Positions 61,820 to 64,000 of a stretch of DNA of 64,000 nt are shown one piece after another; within the stretch, counting starts at the first letter, position 1, and each line of letters begins with the position of its first letter. The stretch is from Massalongia carnosa. Its lineage: Eukaryota. The notes below the pieces were generated by a model. The model worked only from the letters and a program-made list of their open reading frames with translations. It was not told where the DNA came from and made no database searches. The position numbers and the translations under genes are program-made. Location of the stretch: positions 2,418,001-2,482,000 of the forward strand of contig OZ287069.1 in assembly GCA_965645245.1 (NCBI GenBank), written 5' to 3'.

Positions 61820-63670
61820 TCACCAGTCTCCCCCTTCAAGGACGGCAGCACTTGCATCCCACGATTCGTTTTCTGGTGCGGGCATTAAGGTGCTAGGCGC
61901 CGGAATGATAAATGGCCAGCGCAGAGACTGAATTTCCTGGCGTTGCCATGGCGGATTGGCGCTTATAGGCTTGAGTAGCTCCTTTACAATCCCTTCTCGA
62001 TGGGCGGGGCGAGAAGGTGCATTCATGTTCCTAGTGCTAAACTGGCGGGTTTGGGGGTTTGCAAGCTTGACTTGTTCCTGGAAGGTTGATCGCCTAGGCA
62101 GGCGCTGAATTACATTGGATTTAGGTAGAACCTGCTTTTGACGAAAATTAGAAAGTTCGGCGTCCTGTGCTTTCTTTGATGTTGATAGCGCTGTGGCTAC
62201 AGACGTCGGTTCTTTGTGTTCTGGATATTTTCGTGATCCTTTCCTACTGTCTGTCTCCGCTGGCCAGAACTTCGTCGTATTTCCTAGTGCCTCGCTGACC
62301 CTGTTTATCTCGACGGTGAGTTTCTGACATATGGCTGAACTGGCACGGTGCCCAGCGCCGCATAGAGCACACTTTGTTACTAGGCTTGAGCATCCAGGCG
62401 TGGGGTGGGGACCTGCACATAGTCCACACCGTGTGGGTAAGGTGCATTGGGTTCCACGATGTCCATAAGACTGGCAATTATCACATTGAACCGGGCTGCA
62501 ACCTCCTGCATATCTCCGACAATTGAACACTCTCCCTTCCCACAAAAGGCCTTGAGAGATCGCTGCATTCGCCTGCTCAACAGTCCTAAATTTGACCATC
62601 AAGGCAGCGGTTTGCTTACTATATGCATCCTTACTAATCCAGCGAACATGCCTTATATCTTTAGGGCTTCGAAGTATAGACATGCGTGGCTTGTTTTCAA
62701 CCACTATTTCCTGGAGCGTTTTGAGCTCGTCTACTTTATTTTCAATGGACATGGTCGCAGGCCTGACATTCTGCATTTCAACAGCGTAACCGTCAATGCG
62801 AGTCTTCCGCATCAATTTGTCAACTAACGTTGTTGGTTCACCAAAGACAGGGATTGAGTAGACGGCGTCGACTGTTGGTGACCCATTGTCTGCGCGTTCT
62901 GAGCCGCAGCGCGTTGTTGCTTGTGTAGCGGCGCTATTGTCTCTGCCCTGCTCCATATCCGGATCATTGGCTTTGGGCAGGTTTGATTCTTGGGATTCGT
63001 GTGATGGACTTGAGCTTGATGTCACAACAGGTGCCGTTACTGCCCCTTGAGTTACCCCAGGTTGCAGAGCTAGGGATTTACAGAGTGCCGTTGGTAGATT
63101 TATAGTATCATTAAGCTCATCCAAGTCTGTATCCAGATCGATATCTTGGGGCATGGTTGATACCTCGAGCTCTTGCTGCTGGAATGCAACTGGCTCGGAA
63201 CTCGACCTATCAACAAGAGCCTCCTCGTCAAGAAACGGTTTCTTCACAACAGCAGAAATTTCCTTGTCCTGAGCCATTTCCTGACTAGACTCAAATTCTT
63301 CCAGGAGAGCGAACCGAGCTGACAGATGAACCCGAGCCCTGATATCCAGCCCCTTCAACTCTGCTTCCGTAAGCGCAGCCAGCAATCTCTCACTAAGGTT
63401 CATGTACTGTTGCGAAAGCACGTTATAGTAATAATTCGGCACAGCCCCGGCTGGGCTATCCTTCACATGACGATTGATCTTCGTGAAATTACATCTTAGA
63501 AGGCGGATAAGTTCAAGCAGATCTTGCGGTATGAAGTTCTCCAGCCGTGGCCATTCAAGCCCAGACATTTTTAGTGAATATTCTGGGCAAACAGAATTGA
63601 ATATGAGCTGATTCTTGAAAAAGTCCTGAGTGTCAGCGTACAGCATAGATGTTAGCCCAACAATCCACAT
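61820..63670 (-). CDS. intact protein containing a LINE ORF1 (gag-like) RRM plus triple CCHC module; true start probably in an upstream exon
   Basis: 616-codon uninterrupted ORF with ALMVKFRTVEQANAAISQGLLW..CDNCQSYGHRGTQC..CGLCAGPHPTPGC..CALCGAGHRASSAIC. A GTATGT..CTAAC..CTGAC..CAG intron lies at 63672-63626. Confidence 0.75.
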   Translation of the reverse strand: MWIVGLTSMLYADTQDFFKNQLIFNSVCPEYSLKMSGLEWPRLENFIPQDLLELIRLLRCNFTKINRHVKDSPAGAVPNYYYNVLSQQYMNLSERLLAALTEAELKGLDIRARVHLSARFALLEEFESSQEMAQDKEISAVVKKPFLDEEALVDRSSSEPVAFQQQELEVSTMPQDIDLDTDLDELNDTINLPTALCKSLALQPGVTQGAVTAPVVTSSSSPSHESQESNLPKANDPDMEQGRDNSAATQATTRCGSERADNGSPTVDAVYSIPVFGEPTTLVDKLMRKTRIDGYAVEMQNVRPATMSIENKVDELKTLQEIVVENKPRMSILRSPKDIRHVRWISKDAYSKQTAALMVKFRTVEQANAAISQGLLWEGRVFNCRRYAGGCSPVQCDNCQSYGHRGTQCTLPTRCGLCAGPHPTPGCSSLVTKCALCGAGHRASSAICQKLTVEINRVSEALGNTTKFWPAETDSRKGSRKYPEHKEPTSVATALSTSKKAQDAELSNFRQKQVLPKSNVIQRLPRRSTFQEQVKLANPQTRQFSTRNMNAPSRPAHREGIVKELLKPISANPPWQRQEIQSLRWPFIIPAPSTLMPAPENESWDASAAVLEGGDW

Positions 63671-64000
63671 ACGTGCACACGGAGGCGGAGATCCTCTACG
63701 CTGAAAGATTCAGCTGAATTTCAAAGATACTGTGATTGGGGAAATAAGGGCATAACGTTGTGGATATCCCTTGTGGTTACTCCCTTGGAACCGACTTAAC
63801 CTCTTGTCTCCTCAACCTCAAAGACCCTTCGGCTAAACCGAGTTATTCTGAGCAAACATGGTATGCTAAAGACACTTGAGATGTTGGAAGAATGATGAGC
63901 TGGAGAGGGGAGCAAGAAGTGGGTGGGGAGGTAAATTTTTTGATGTGCAGCAAACGCGGGGGGGCGATAAATATGTCAGCCATAGTTTAACCACCCCTCA

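Overview
Eukaryotic DNA from a filamentous ascomycete (spliced genes with GT..CTAAC..AG introns; a lichen-forming lineage is plausible but only inferred). The first ~13.3 kb is a nested transposon island. It holds a Tad1-type LINE ORF1, a 74-bp tandem array, a 5'-truncated LINE with a 14-bp TSD sitting tail-to-tail against a related 3' end, and a 53-bp LINE micro-insertion. It also holds two Mutator-like elements (8- and 9-bp TSDs), a pogo/Tigger-like element with a solo LTR in its left TIR, a Spok-like kinase fragment and a MITE. The rest is mostly ordinary genes: a six-WSC secreted protein, PAM17, an RRM-like protein, an MFS transporter, PNGase A, a fasciclin protein, divergent PEX1/MCM7 with MCB boxes, and a DEN1/SENP8 protease. 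These are interrupted by a Fot1/pogo element carrying a solo LTR, a PD-(D/E)xK-like nuclease gene between GCTCCC repeats, and a Tc1/IS630-type DD37E element. Top candidates for novelty: (1) the DD37E element and the MITE share CACGCG termini and lack the canonical TA duplication; (2) an intact, apparently intron-containing gene at 61.8-63.7 kb is built on a LINE ORF1 zinc-knuckle module with no ORF2, suggesting domestication; (3) three LINE 3' ends share a hairpin and a TTAT|GAT junction. All family assignments come from motif recognition by eye; no database searches were run.
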